Origin: the human T2T-CHM13v2.0 reference genome, Homo sapiens
Length of the DNA stretch: 64,000 nt
Direction: 5' to 3' (one strand)
Assembly (NCBI RefSeq): GCF_009914755.1
Contig: NC_060939.1
A program made the translations under genes and the position numbers. Shown here one piece after another: positions 1-25,258 of the stretch (its first letter is position 1; the number at the start of each line of letters is the position of its first letter). Under the pieces are notes generated by a model. The model was not told the origin of the DNA, did no database searches, and saw nothing but the letters and a program-made list of their open reading frames with translations.

Positions 1-620
1 AGGCAATTTCAGACTTAGAAGTTACAAAAATAGTACAAAGAGTTTCCATATACCCTTCTCCTAGATTCTCCAAATGTAACATTTGCCACATTTGCTTTAT
101 CATTCTCTCTTCATGTGTATTTCCTTATATATATACATATATATAATGAAATATTTGAGCATATACTACATCCATGATGCCCCTTTACCCGCGAAAACGT
201 AAGTGTATATTTCTGAAAAACAAGGACCTTAACCACAGTATGATGATCAAGCTGAGAAAATTAACGCAGACATAATACTTGTACTTAACCTAAATAGGCC
301 TTAATCTAGAATCATACTTCAGGCTTTCTTCTATGAAAACATAACTTTTTAAGAGTCAGTTATTCTGTGGAATATTCGTCAGTTTGGGTTTGACTAATGT
401 TTCTTCATGATTCAATTCAGGTTTTGCATTTTGGGCAGGAATATAATAGAAATGATCCTGTGTCTTTCTCATTGCATCTGTTAGGCAGCACATGATATGT
501 TTCTGTTCTATCACTGGTGAAGTTAACTTTGATTTCTTGGTTAAGGTGGTGTCTGTGAGATTTCTCCATTGTCAAGATACCGTTTTTCCCTTTGTTATTA
601 ATAAGTATCTAGTGGGAGAA
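1..620 (-). mobile_element. Old L1MC-type 3' UTR fragment; related copies at ~2385-2905 and ~15655-16350
   Basis: All three share AAGTT.CAA.A.TAGT.CAAAGA...TTTGCCA.AT..GCTTT and GTTAA.TTTGAT...TTTCTCCA.T blocks. Confidence 0.7.
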
Positions 621-2909
621 ATAAGCTTTTCTAACCTAGGAGAAGATTGGGCACTTGGAATTGTATTTAAATTTGTCCTTGATCTGCAGGTCTGTAATTC
701 ATGACTATTTCCTAACAATATTTAAGATATTAGATTAAATATAATACTTTTCAACTTTGTTGGTTGTAAAATCCAGTATTTTGTATATAATAAATAGTCC
801 TGAATCCTTAAACCCATTCAGGAAAAAACTGATTTCAGCAGGCTAAGGATTCTGAAACAGAGTTTTCAATCTCATTTGTAACATCAAAATTGTCTTTTCA
901 TCTTAAACTGCAAAAGAATGATTTATTATCCTAAATTTTGAAAAACCTTTTTACCTAAATAATTTATACCTTGCCTCACTTCCTTTCCTTTATTTCTACA
1001 GTTACACCGAAGGTGGGGAGGAGTTATGTGATCTTCTAGTTGATCTTTTAAGTCTTCATCTTGTAGGTTTAGACCAAAACTACTTGAAGTTTTAAAGTTC
1101 TGTGTGTAAAGATGTGAGAATAGATGTCTTTTGAGGGAGACAATAAGTAAGCAGGAGATGGGAAGGGAGATTTACATTCAGGATTTCCTCTGCTTTGAAG
1201 TTCCAGGTTTGACCATAAGCACCTCTCACTTAGGTGGACCAGTCAGCTGCTGTCGTCCCAGGGTGGAGCCCACTGCTACTTCAGGAGGGGCCTGCTCAGG
1301 TGTAGTTACCACAGGTGATGGCTGAGTTCAGAAACAACCCAGGGGAAGTGGAAGGAAGAAAGGCAAAAAGCATGAAGGGACAGACAACTGGGAAGGTACT
1401 GGCTCCATCTTTTATTCTTTCCCCCACCAGCTGAGGGGCTGCTGCTACCTCTCCCTGTACCAGGGCAGATAAGGGATACCTTACACTTTGTTAAACTTTT
1501 TGTGAAGTATTCCTATTAAAGGATTAGAACTGTAGTTTAACACTCAGACACACACAGAGGGGAAAGAATGTATAAGCCCAAAGAATCAAGTAAAATAATG
1601 TGTACACACATGATCTTGAACTATAAATGAGATTTTCAAATATTAGTTCGTGTTACCTAAAGATTAGTTAATATTTGGACATCAGACACCTAACATACTA
1701 TCAGCCAGTTAAAAAGGCTTTTTTTTAAGTATATAATAGGGTTATTCATGAGAAATGAAGATAGAAAATTATAAAGAACTGCCTACCTGAAATCTCACTT
1801 TCCAGAGATGACAATTGTTAACACTTTTGGGAGAATACTTTACAGAATAGCTCTATACATACAGATTCACTTAACATCTGTTTACAAATAAGAAAAGACA
1901 GTTTGTTTTTGAAAACGGGAATTTGTGGACAACTAGATGTTTAGAATTGGATATAAGAGGGCAAATACTTTAATAAATACAGTACAGATATTTTTAATAA
2001 AATTTTCAGGACTTTTTAACTAACAAAAAAAAATGTGTTTCACTAGAATGATCAAGGAGAATGTAAAGAGTCTCCAAAATATAACCTGAGAGTGAAGACG
2101 ACTTCTCTAGGCATAACATAAACCTTAATAGCCAAAAAAGAGATTATTTGCTGAGTTGACCATTTGGGGGTGGCAAAACAATACTATAAAGTAGTCAGAC
2201 TAGGAAAAATACTTTTAGTCCAATTTCCTTGATAGGGAATGAACAAATCTTACAAATCAGTAAGAAAAGACCAACAGTCCAAGAGAAAATGGGTAATGGG
2301 GTATGAACAGGTAGTTGACAATAAAAGGAATGACAATAAACATGAAAGATGTTCAACCTTGATTTCTTCTAAAATTATTGTCTTTATTTTGAAATAATTA
2401 AAACTTATAGGAAAGTTGCAAGATAGTTACAAAGAACTTCCACTAAACCCTTTATCCAAATTCACCAATTTTTAACTTTTTGCCAAATAAGCTTTATCAT
2501 TCTCTTTTGCTCTCCTTGCTCCCTCTCCTCTTCTCTTTCTCTCTCTCTCTGTCATCTCCATATATATGTATTTATATGCACATAGTATTTATTTATTTTG
2601 GACTATTTGAGAGAATGGGTTGCATATATCATGACACTTTATCCCTTAACATTTTAATGTCTATTTCCTAAGAACAGAAATGTTCCCATATGTCACCACA
2701 GTATGGTGATGTATAGTGTTGTGTCCTTAGAGCCTCACATGTAGAGGCACAGAGTGTACATTGGTTCCTCATTGGTGATGCTAACTTTTATCAACTAGTT
2801 CAGGCAGTGCGCAGTTTCTCCACTGTGGAACTGCTATTTTTCCCTTTGCCACTAATGAGAAATCTGTGGGGAGACACTTTGAGATATCCTGCTCCTCATC
2901 AAACTTTCA

Positions 2910-4050
<1,141 letters not shown>

Positions 4051-4345
4051 TACTTGAACATGAGCACAAAGACTTTTTCAGTTGCAGCTTTGTTTTTAAT
4101 ATCTAAAGACTGGGGATGACCTAACGTTTGTCAGAAAGGTGTAGTTGGGGTAAATTCAGTAGTGTATTATGGAATTGTCAAAAAGAATGACGTAGAACTG
4201 TGTTAGTTGACATGAAAAGCTCTCTAAGATAGGTGAAAGAAGAAAAGTACAGGCTGATATAGTATGGTTCCATTTGTGTATCTGTTTAAAAGGATATATG
4301 TATGCTTACTAGCATAACATACTGGAAAAATACACAAACTCTTGA

Positions 4346-4729
<384 letters not shown>

Positions 4730-4944
4730 TAGGATATTACAGATTAACATTCTGTGCATTTATGATGACAACATACTGCGCTGAAACTGCTCTTGCTCCT
4801 ATCACTAATGTGATCCTAACATCTAAATCCAATGATTGCTTTTCAGTCCTTATTTAATTGGACTTCTGTGGATGTCTAAACTGGTTTTTATAATTTCCCA
4901 CCTCGACCCTCTCTTTGTTTTTGCTTTAAAGAGTTTATAACCTA

Positions 4945-6585
<1,641 letters not shown>

Positions 6586-6597
6586 TATAATCTAAAA

Positions 6598-6891
6598 CGG
6601 GGGTCAACAGATTTCTGTAGAGAGAGCCACATAGTCAATGTTTTAAGCTTTGTGATCCACAGTCTCTGTCATAACCACTCACCTCTGCCGTTGTAGCACC
6701 AAAGCAGCTGTAGACCATATGTAAATTAGTAATTGTATTCTGATAAAAGTATAGACACTGAAATTATATAATTTTCACATGTCAGAAAATATTCTTTTGA
6801 TTTTTTTTCAAGCATTTACAAATGTAAAAACTATTCTTAGTTTGGGCTGTACCAAATAAAGGTGGAAGGCCTTAGTTTGCCTGGATCTCTG
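6598..6891 (+). mobile_element. MER58 (B-like) hAT-Charlie element
   Basis: Resembles the consensus and has a perfect 8-bp TSD ATCTAAAA (6590-6597 / 6892-6899). Confidence 0.85.
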
Positions 6892-7269
6892 ATCTAAAAG
6901 ACGTTAAATGGATGCAGTACAGGGACTGGTAAAAGCACAAAATTGAAATGAACAATATGGCTACCTGATAGTGGATTTCACAGTGGAAGCTGTGGGACGC
7001 AACTCTTCAGATCCTCTCACCTGCGTTACAGTTTCAGAAATTGATTTTGCCAATTCGCCTACATGTGATCCTGCCCTAATGAACTAGGTTTCTCTAACCA
7101 CACACATAACAGACTGATATATAAGTAATAATTATAATTTATTCATCTTAACCAGGAGATCTATCTCCAGTGAACCCTAGAATTTTTGAGTCCATGGATA
7201 AGAGCATTTATAATATGCGCCAATATTTTTTATGCATTGTCTCATTTAATGTTCACAAGATGCATGAGA

Positions 7270-8690
7270 GAAATTAACCACACCTTCCTGTTGGAAGCAC
7301 TCTGTTTCCTTAGCTTTGAGACATTAAGCTTTTCTGCCTTTCTGGCCACCCTCTCCCCTCCCTTAAATGTTAGTGCTCAAGAGGCTCCCAGAGTCCTCCT
7401 CTTGTTGGAGCTGTGGGTGATTTTATGATGATCTTGATGTCCACAGCATCCCTGAAAACTGTTGACTCAGAAATCTGTATATCTAGAGTAGACATTTCTT
7501 CTGATCATCAGAACTACTTCACTGCCTGCCTACTGGATAACCCCAGGGATGTCAAACTCAGCATGTAAAAAGTTCAGCTAGTCAGCTCTGCCCCCACACT
7601 TGGATTCCCTACCTCAGTTAATACAGCCAGCCACCCCATCCCCTAAGTCAGAAATCTGTCTTCTAAAGGCATAGCATCAGAACTTTGTCCCTATGTAAAG
7701 TACAATTCTGTTTTATGTTTCAAATATCCATCCCTTCCACACCATCTTCACTGCTTGTGACACTCCAGCCTTATTATTTTTGTAGGCTGAATCATTGCAA
7801 GAAACTTGTAGCTGGTCTCCCTGCCTCTAGTTTAATTTCCTTCCAGTCCATTCTCCATACTGCTTCCTCAGTGCAGACTAAAGCTTTCAAGGCCTATTGT
7901 GATCTGACTCCTACCTCCACTTCAACACCGTTGCTCCTTGCTGGTGCTCTTGAATTACATTGTCTGGGGTCAGTATTGGTTCTGCCACCTCATTAGCAGT
8001 AAGACCTAGGCAAATTACTTAACTTTTTTTAGGCCCGAGTTTTTTTGCATCTGTAAAATAATGATTAAAGTGGTTAAAAACCATTTACCTTAAAGGTAAT
8101 GAGGACTCATTCATTATTCGGTTTACTGTTACTGAGTGCCTCCTTTGGGTAGGTGTCATTCTAGCTGCTGGGGATTTTGAGGTGAGCTTTGCTTACGTTC
8201 TAGCAGAGCAGAATGACAAACCCAACGTGGAAAAATAATAATAGTGAATACTTGCTTTAAAAGTAAAGGATGGGCAGTAGCATAGAGAGTGAGTAGGAGG
8301 AGGGGGTTCCGCTTTAACCAGGTAGTTAGGAAAGACTAACTCCAAGGAATTGACACCTGCGCTGAGACCTGAGTGATGAGGGATAGCCACACGAAGATCT
8401 TGGGGAACGTTCAGGCAGAGAGAAAAGCAAGGAAAGGCTCTGAGATGGGAACAAACTAAGTGTTTAGGAGACAGTCAGATTATATAAGGCCTTGTCAGCT
8501 GTGGCGAGTAAGGAGTTTGGATTTGGATTTTATTCTAGTTCTAATAGTAAATCATTGAAGGATTTTAAACAGGAAGTGGTATCACCTGATTCAAATGATA
8601 AGATCTCTGCAGTGTGGAGAATGGACTGTTTCCAGCTCATAATAGGAGGCTGAGAATTGTTAAATGAAGAAATGAATTTACTGGATGATA
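7270..8690. mobile_element. L2/MIR fragments; other L2/MIR relics at ~12910-13320, 23125-23360, 27640-27720, 31100-31270, 40700-40940, 43220-43680 and 63050-63170
   Basis: CATTCATT/ TTATTGAG..CCTACTATGTGCCAGG and GGCAA.TTACTTAAC motifs; heavily degraded. Confidence 0.6.
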
Positions 8691-8712
8691 TGACATTTTA
8701 TTATTATACTAA

Positions 8713-9051
<339 letters not shown>

Positions 9052-9752
9052 TAAAAAATTTATACGTTTATTGAAAAATTTAGAAAATATAGGAAAGTGT
9101 AAATATGAAATCCTTCATAATCCTCCTACCTACTGTTAACATTTTGGTGAATTTCCTTTGTCTTTTTTTCTGTTTTAAATAAAATCAAAGGTAGGTTTTA
9201 TATATCTATAGCTTTATCCTGCTTTTTTAAACTTAATATTACTACTTTTGAAATTTATAGTATTCTTTGAAAATATGGTTTTTAACTCTTACATAATACT
9301 CCATTGTTTCTTGTTTTATTTACTCATTCCCCAATTCATAGACATTCAGAATCTTTTTTATATCTATTTTAAAAATTATAAATAGTGGCCAGGCATGGTG
9401 GCTTATGCATGTAATCCCAGCACTTTGGGAGGCCAAGGCGGGTGAATAACTTTAGGCCAGGAGTTCAAGACCAGCCTGGCCAACGTGGCAAAACCCCGTC
9501 TCTACTAAAAATACAAAAAAATTAAGTGGACGTGGTAGCGCACCCTATAATCTCAGCTACTCGAGAGACTGAGGCACAAGAATTGCTTGAGCCTGGGAGG
9601 CAGAAGTTGCAGTGAGCTGAAATCGCATCACTACACTCCAAACTGAGCAACAGAGCAAGACTGTCTCAAAAAAAAAAAAAAAAACAGGATTATAAATAGT
9701 AATATCACATGACTAATGTATAACATATAGCTTTTTAATATTTTTTTCCTAA

Positions 9753-10128
<376 letters not shown>

Positions 10129-11406
10129 AATTGTGATTTGGCTAGGAAAGGTGAGGTACATTTTATAATAAATTATCTTAAATATAAGAATGTGAATTTT
10201 ATTTTTCCTAAGAATGAGAAATATAATTTTACTTATTGCTAATAGAGAAGGCAGTTTATTCTTGTTTGCATGTCCTAAAAACCAGTATTCATTTCTTTCT
10301 AAAAATGTTTATGTAGACTGGGCACAGTGGCACACGCCTGTAATCCCAGCACTTTGGGAGGCCAAGGCAGAAGGGTTGCTTGAGGCCAGGAGTTTGAGAC
10401 TAGCCTGGCCAACATAGCAAGGCCCCATATCTGAATGAATGAATGAATGAATGAAAAACAAAGGAGATTATTATTTCCAATAGTCTTAGTAATGGAACAT
10501 TTCCAGTTTTCTTGAGGAATGAGTTTCTTTGGTTTTAATGAATTAAAATGGCCTTTGGAAGTCCCCTCCCTCTTTCTGAGTCTCTTCTCCAGATGAGTTT
10601 GGTATCCTTAAATTGTCCCTGATACTTTTTCTTTTATTCCTCTCTCGTTCTCATTCTTTTCCTATTTTAAAAATTGTCATATGGAATTGTTGCATACACT
10701 CCTTAGGAATATGTCACACTAGAATTAGGAGGTATCCACGAGGTTATCTAATCAAATCATTTCAAAATGCAGGAATTCCTTCTATAGCATCTGACAGGTA
10801 TTCACCCAGCATCTGCTAAAATACTTGCAAATATAGGGAACTTTGTACTTTGAGGGATTACGTCACTGGAGAGCTGCCTGATTATTCAACAAATGATTTT
10901 GAATGCTTAGTATATGTAAAGCCTTTCTCTGTCTGCTTTTAGACATTTCTTTATCCAGGATTTGCGCACCTGCAACTTAGATTGTCATTTCAAAGAAAAA
11001 TAAAAGGTCGAGTAAATCTTCCTCTTTAGGGATATGAGAGTCAAGACTTTCTGTAGCCATATATCTCCACCGGTTGGTCATAAGTATCTGTCTTTTTAAG
11101 TAGCCTGTTTAAGGTGTAAGCCTTCATTGGAGGCTCAGGTGCACTCAAGTCACCAGATGAGTGTTCTCCCCTTTGGGATAAGGCTTTTCATAGGTTCTCA
11201 TATGGAGAATGTTTCTCTTAGCTACTCCCTTAGCCATGCACACAAAGTAGCTCTTTGGTTAATGATTTGTTTCTGGGATATCTTGATATCAAGAAGCTGG
11301 TCTGGAAAGCGGATATAAGCATTCTGGTCCCAAGAAAAGGATATCCCTATTTGAATTTAAATAGACCTTCTGATTTATAATTTTTAGAAAACTTATTAAC
11401 AACTGA

Positions 11407-11730
<324 letters not shown>

Positions 11731-11892
11731 TGATCTTGTTCACAGAGAAACATAAGCCTAAATATATGGTGGTTATTTTTTGTGTTGTGGCAGACTCTAA
11801 ATACTGAGTCTACTCAGCGTTATTTTGCAACTAGAGTGGAGGAATCCTAAAGTGTTAAAAGGGCTTTGAAGATTGAGTCAGCATCCTTATCA

Positions 11893-12042
11893 TACAGTGC
11901 AGAAGTCTGAAATTACAGAGATTATGCAGTGTATCGTGGTCAACCAGTAAATTTGTTGTCCGTAAAGTACGGTGCAGAAATCTGAGATTACAGAGATTAT
12001 GCAGTGTATCATGGTCAACCAGTACATTTTTTGTCGTTAACA
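11893..12042. repeat. Two-copy tandem repeat with a 75-bp period in an AFG2B intron
   Basis: TAC(A/G)GTGCAGAA.TCTGA.ATTACAGAGATTATGCAGTGTATC.TGGTCAACCAGTA occurs at 11893 and 11968. Confidence 0.95.
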
Positions 12043-12211
12043 TCCAGAGCCACTGACAGGGAGGGTGAAAGGCACAGAGTGAATTTTTTTGTTCCTTGGG
12101 CTTTTATCAAGTTTTGAAGGGATAGAAAAATAAAATTTAATATCTATTATACCTTTAAGTTGTATCTGATAATTCATGTATTTGCTTCTTAAGCCATGTC
12201 TGATAGTATTA

Positions 12212-12538
<327 letters not shown>

Positions 12539-12668
12539 TCATAAGTTTTTTATGATGTCGTTATTTTTACCATTGTCATATAAGCCATTGATGACTTAGT
12601 CTTTCTAACCCCTATATATATTTTCTCGGTAATGTGAAAGGAAACTCAAGCTAAAAATATTTTAATAA

Positions 12669-12860
<192 letters not shown>

Positions 12861-13488
12861 TAATTATTGAAGAAATTTGTGGTTCAAAACATTTCTGCAT
12901 CTTTTCAAATCTTCATTCACTCAGCAGTATTTACTAAAAGCCTGTGTGGTACCATGTGATGTGAAACAGACAGATGTGGCCCCATCCCTCACACAGCTTA
13001 TTGTAAGTGTGGGGTGGTGAGGAGGGTGGTGCAGAGAGGCAAATCTTAATACTGAGTTGGCAATTGAAAATATGTAGTGAGTTGCGGAAGTAGAGGGTAC
13101 TGTGGGAGCACCTAGGAAAGACACCAGCCCAGATTTGGCACATCAGAGAAGGCTTTCTGAGAAAGGAGATGTATAAACTGAAATTGGAAGGACAAATCGG
13201 GAGTTAGCCAGCTAAGAAGGGAAGGGGGAATGTTTGAGGTGGAGAGAATAAAATGTGCAAAGGATTGAAGATAAGAGATGGTGTGACATTATTGAATCTT
13301 AGAGTGGAGAATGGCAAGAAATAAAGCGAAAGAAGTGGGCTAGGCGTGGTGGCTCGTGCCTGTGATCCCAGCATTTTGGGAGGCCAAGGCGAGAGGATTG
13401 CTTTAGCCCAGGAGTTTAAGATCAGCCTGGGTAATACAGTGAGACCCCATCTCTAGAAAAAATAAAAAATTAGTCAAATGTGGTGTTA

Positions 13489-13698
<210 letters not shown>

Positions 13699-14946
13699 CT
13701 AAGATACCCTTTTTCGTAAACTTTTACTAAATATAACATTCAGAAAAATGCACGGATCATAAGGGTACAGTTCATTGAATTAAAGTGATCACATTTTTAT
13801 AATCACTACTTATGTCAAGAAATAGAACATTATAAACACCCCAGAATCTTCCTTTGGGCCCTTTCCCAACCTCTGTCACCTACCTTCTTCCAAAAGAGAA
13901 CTATTGGCTGGGCTTAGTGACTCATGCCTGTAATCCCAGCATTTTGTTGGGGCCAAGGCAGGAGGATCATCTGAGCCCAGGAGTTGAGACCAACCTGGGC
14001 AACATGGGGAGACCCTGTCTCTACAAAAACTTTTAAAAAATTGTCCCAGCTACTCAGGAGGCTGAGGTGGGAGGATCACTTGAGCCTGGAGGTCAAGGCT
14101 GTAGTGAGCCATGATTGTGTCACTGTACTTCTGCCTGGGTGACAGAGCAAGACTCTGTCCCCCCCCCCCAAAAAAAAAAAAAAAAACAAAAAACAAAACA
14201 AAAGGGAACCACTCTCCTGACTAACAACAGTGGGGATTAGTTTTGTCTGCTTTTGAACTTTATATGAATGGAAGCATGTGGCATATGTTATTTTCTGTCT
14301 GGTTCTTTAACCTAAAAAGAAATTTATCCATAGTTTTGTGTGTAGCATAGTTTATAATATTCTAGTATATGAATATTCTACATTTGTTTATCCATTCTTT
14401 TATTTTGGAATATCTGGGTTTCTACTTTTTTGCTATTATGAGTTATGCTGCTGTGAACAGCCTTGTACATGTCTCTTAGTTCCCGTGTCTATTTATGTCT
14501 ATTTGTAAACATAGTTAGCTACAAGGAGAATTGCTGGGTCATAGGGTATGTGTTTGATCTATTCCTTTATAATCAGTGCTGGCTGAAGACTCTTCCCTAC
14601 TTAACGATCAGGAAGATATTCTCTCATCTTTAAAAATACATATGGGTTCATAAAATACATATTAATCTGCAACTTGCCTTTTCTTTCTTCTCATTTAATG
14701 CTTTCTTTTTTCCCATTAATGTAAAGAGGTTATGGTCTGCAAAGTGGATTTCTAATCACCTTATTTAACTTTTTAGCATAATGTTTTTAGTGACATGAAA
14801 ATTAGAATCCTATGAAGTGAGGCTGAGATTTTCCATTCAGAGTTTAAAGTATTACCATATATTGTTAAAAAAAAAAGAAAAGAAGCCAGGCGCTGTGGCT
14901 CACACCTGTAATCCCAGCACTTTGGGAGGCTGAAGCAGGTGGATCA

Positions 14947-15193
<247 letters not shown>

Positions 15194-15214
15194 CTATTGC
15201 TTGTCTCTTAATAG

Positions 15215-15382
<168 letters not shown>

Positions 15383-15487
15383 AAATCACCTTAAACTCTT
15401 GTTCAGTTCACATTAATTGAAATGTGAACTTGCCTGTCGTTTGCAACTTCACACTTTTAGAATTTGTGTTTATATTTCCTGTAAGTG

Positions 15488-15635
15488 AATAAATAAAACA
15501 AAACAAAACAAAAAAAACTTGTGCCTGATAAGCTAAGGCTCATTTATTTTTAAAAGGCATATTAAATAAAATACTGTAATTTAGGAAGAAAGTGTGTGTG
15601 TGTTGATTTTGTTGTAAGGGGTGGTTGGTTTTGGG
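15488..15635 (+). terminator. AFG2B: AFG2B polyadenylation region
   Basis: AATAAA at 15488 and 15492, ATTAAA/AATAAA at 15561-15570, then a GT/T-rich downstream element at 15591-15635. Confidence 0.85.
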
Positions 15636-17109
15636 TGATTGCTTTTTTATTAAACCCTGAAATAATTTCATACTTACAGAAAAGTTGCAAAAATAGTACA
15701 AAGAATTTTTATGTGCTCAAACCCAGATTCACTAATCTTTAACATTTTGCCACATTTGCTTTCTCTGTCTTCCCCACCCCTTGTACATATACACATACAC
15801 ACATTTTTTTTTGAGTGGTTTGAGAATAGATTATATACATAATGTCCCTTTCCCCCCTTAATACTTGAGTGTGTATTTGTTACAAATAAGGTTATTATAT
15901 GACCAAATTCAGCAAATTTAATACTGACACAGTATTTTAATCTATCATCCAGTGAATTTCATGTATGGTCACAATAACGTCCTATATGGTAATTTTCCCC
16001 ATTACAGGATCCAGTCTAGGATCACACATTTCATTTAGTCACCATGTCTCTTTAGCCTCTTAACTTGAAACAGTGTCTCAATCTTTCTTGACCCTGACAT
16101 TTTTGAAGAGTATAGACCAATTATTTTATTGAGCAGTTCATTCCTGGACTTGTAGTTGATGTTTTATCATGGTAGATTCAGGTTATGTATTACCAGTCGA
16201 GCACTACATAGGGGCATTGTATTCTCAGAGTATCACAGCTGAAGGCACATGACATCTGTACCTTCTTGATAATGTTAATTTTGATCATTTGTTGGCAGTA
16301 TTGTCTGGTTTCTCCACTATACTGCTATTTTTCGTTTTGTAGTTGTAAGTAGTTAAAAGTTTTTAAAGAGACAGGTTACATGTACATTTCTATTTTCATT
16401 TATTACAGAATAATTTAGAATACTAGAAAATACAGAAACAAAAAAAAACCCTTTAGTGTTTAACCTTCCAGTCCTTCATGCATGTATAGATAATTTTTAA
16501 AACCAGAAAGGAATGATACTGCATAACTCTTGTTCTTCTCACCTAACAATATCTGGTAAACATCTTACTAGGCCATTCTCCACCCACAAGGTGCTAAGTT
16601 GGGTGCTGGAACGTCCAGTGAACAAGGCAGGCATCAGACAAATTGTCAGTGAATTAATTACAATGGTCAGACGTGCTTCAAAAGAAGTAGAGGGTACGAT
16701 GAGAGACTACTGCATGAAATGTATGAAGTCATAAAACGTTAAGCAGTTATTGGAAAGTTTCCTATTTCTGAGTGCAGCCAGGACTACTGGGAATAATTAA
16801 AGAAAAAACGTGATTTGTAGGTATAAAATATTCAATTAAAATAACACACTGACCTTTGCTTTTGAGTAATATGAAAATACCTAGAAAACTTACTGGAATT
16901 CTTACTATACATTTTCTTTGTTGGTTATTAATCTTATTGAACAAGGCAGCCATCCTGCACCTGACAAACCCTGGCCTGAACCCCTTAACTCAGACATCTA
17001 GCTGTGGGCCCCTGTTCTTTTCCAGAAAGTTTCTAGTAGGCTGGTAATTTAGCAACCATGCTTGTTCAAGGCTGAGCTGATTTGAAGATGTCTTTTTAAG
17101 TTGTAATTA

Positions 17110-17749
<640 letters not shown>

Positions 17750-18249
17750 TAACTTCTCAACAGAACATTGAAAGCTTCCTGAGCATAAAGACTATGTGTC
17801 TCTTCTCACTGAAATGCTCAATAGATGACAAAATGAGATCAAGAATTTCTTTGATCCTGTTCGAATCTGATTTTAGAATGGCTCTGGACAACTTCCAAAA
17901 GCTGTATTCTTGATCTGTGAGAAAATTAAAACACCAGCTTCTGAACACCTTCTTTCTGGTATACTGGGAAGTGTAAACAGTTTTCCCTATAAACTGAACT
18001 CAAACTGCTTTCTGGGCCACATTATTGCTTAAGGCTGACTAACCTTAAACAACATAGAACATCCCTGGAACCTCCAAAATTCAGCAAATCCAGTGCTATA
18101 AGCCTGGTCATAAGGCAGCCACTGAAGGATGAGGTCAGGATTAACACATCCATCATCAGGAACAGGGAGAAAGAATGTCAACAAAAAATATTTAATAATG
18201 AAATTTCTATTTTTCTCAGAAAAGCCTGAGCTGGACTGATTAAATTCCT

Positions 18250-24410
<6,161 letters not shown>

Positions 24411-24570
24411 GGATACCCTTTTAGAAGGGTTGGCTTTCCCTCAGGCCTCGGCTATCTGCGCTCCCCTCTTAGGGGGTTCCACCTCCTACTCCCCAAACCT
24501 CCAAACTCCTCACAAGCACCTAGGGGGGCCAAGAGCGACCGGGGTCGGCAGGTAAGGAAGACCGCGGCGA

Positions 24571-24639
24571 GCGGCAGGGGGCGCCAGCGCCCGCGTTCGG
24601 GCGCTTCACGTCAGCCGCAGAATGTCCTGCAGGGGGCGC
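24571..24639 (+). promoter_or_regulatory. Two forward CTCF-like motifs in the C15orf48 promoter (GCGGCAGGGGGCGC at 24571-24584; CCTGCAGGGGGCGC at 24626-24639)
   Basis: Close matches to the CCASYAGRKGGCRS core. Confidence 0.55.
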
Positions 24640-24780
24640 CCGGGAGTCGCGTGCCCAACGGGGAAAGCGAGTCAGGTCCCTCGCGCTCCCCGCCCCACGC
24701 GCGTGACCAGAGCGCGCTGGCCCGGCCCACCCGGGGCGGTTGTGGTCGCTATATATAAGGTGGGGAGGCCGCCGGCCCGT

Positions 24781-24827
24781 TCGGTTCCGGGCGTTACCAT
24801 CGTCCGTGCGCACCGCCCGGCGTCCAG
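24781..24827 (+). other. C15orf48: C15orf48 non-coding exon 1 (TSS approximate)
   Basis: Position inferred from the TATA box. Consensus donor CCAG|gtgagt at 24828, followed by a 114-nt intron to the acceptor tttctag| at 24941. Confidence 0.8.
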
Positions 24828-24968
24828 GTGAGTCTCCCATCTGCAGAGACGCGGACGCGCCGGCCCGCAGTTGGCCTGCGGAGCGCGGTGGACGGTTTGG
24901 CGCCCACCAGGCGATCAATACTTTGGATTTTTAATTTCTAGATTTGGCAATTCTTCGCTGAAGTCATC

Positions 24969-25004
24969 ATGAGCTTTTTCCAACTCCTGATGAAAAGGAA
25001 GGAA
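24969..25004 (+). CDS. C15orf48: C15orf48 (NMES1/MOCCI/COXFA4L3) coding exon 1: MSFFQLLMKRKE
   Basis: Exon spans 24942-25004; start catcATGa; donor GAA|gtaagt. Confidence 0.95.
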
Positions 25005-25172
25005 GTAAGTTTTAAAAACAATTGAAAATCTTGACTAAAGTTTTCATTTTTAAAGATGAAAAGATGGCACAGATTTTGAACAAAGTATAAAATAAATACA
25101 GTTGTTTTGCTGTGTTTCAAATGTTTCATATTGAAGTGTCCAAATGTGTCCCCTCCACCTGTTATTTGTTAG

Positions 25173-25258
25173 CTCATTCCCTTGGTGGTGTTCATGACTG
25201 TGGCGGCGGGTGGAGCCTCATCTTTCGCTGTGTATTCTCTTTGGAAAACCGATGTGAT
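25173..25258 (+). CDS. C15orf48: C15orf48 coding exon 2: transmembrane helix LIPLVVFMTVAAGGASSFAVYSLWKTDV
   Basis: Acceptor ttgttag| and donor AT|gtaagt; the LIPL motif and hydrophobic helix match the NDUFA4/B12D family. Confidence 0.95.

Noticed and set aside
11893-12042. Direct repeats as a CRISPR-like array or snoRNA pair
   Set aside because: There are only two adjacent copies with no spacers, the context is eukaryotic, and there are no properly placed C/D or H/ACA boxes.
15494-15518. A-rich tract after AATAAA as a processed-pseudogene tail
   Set aside because: It is a (CAAAA)n microsatellite in the 3' UTR of an intron-containing gene; at most an oligo-dT mispriming site.
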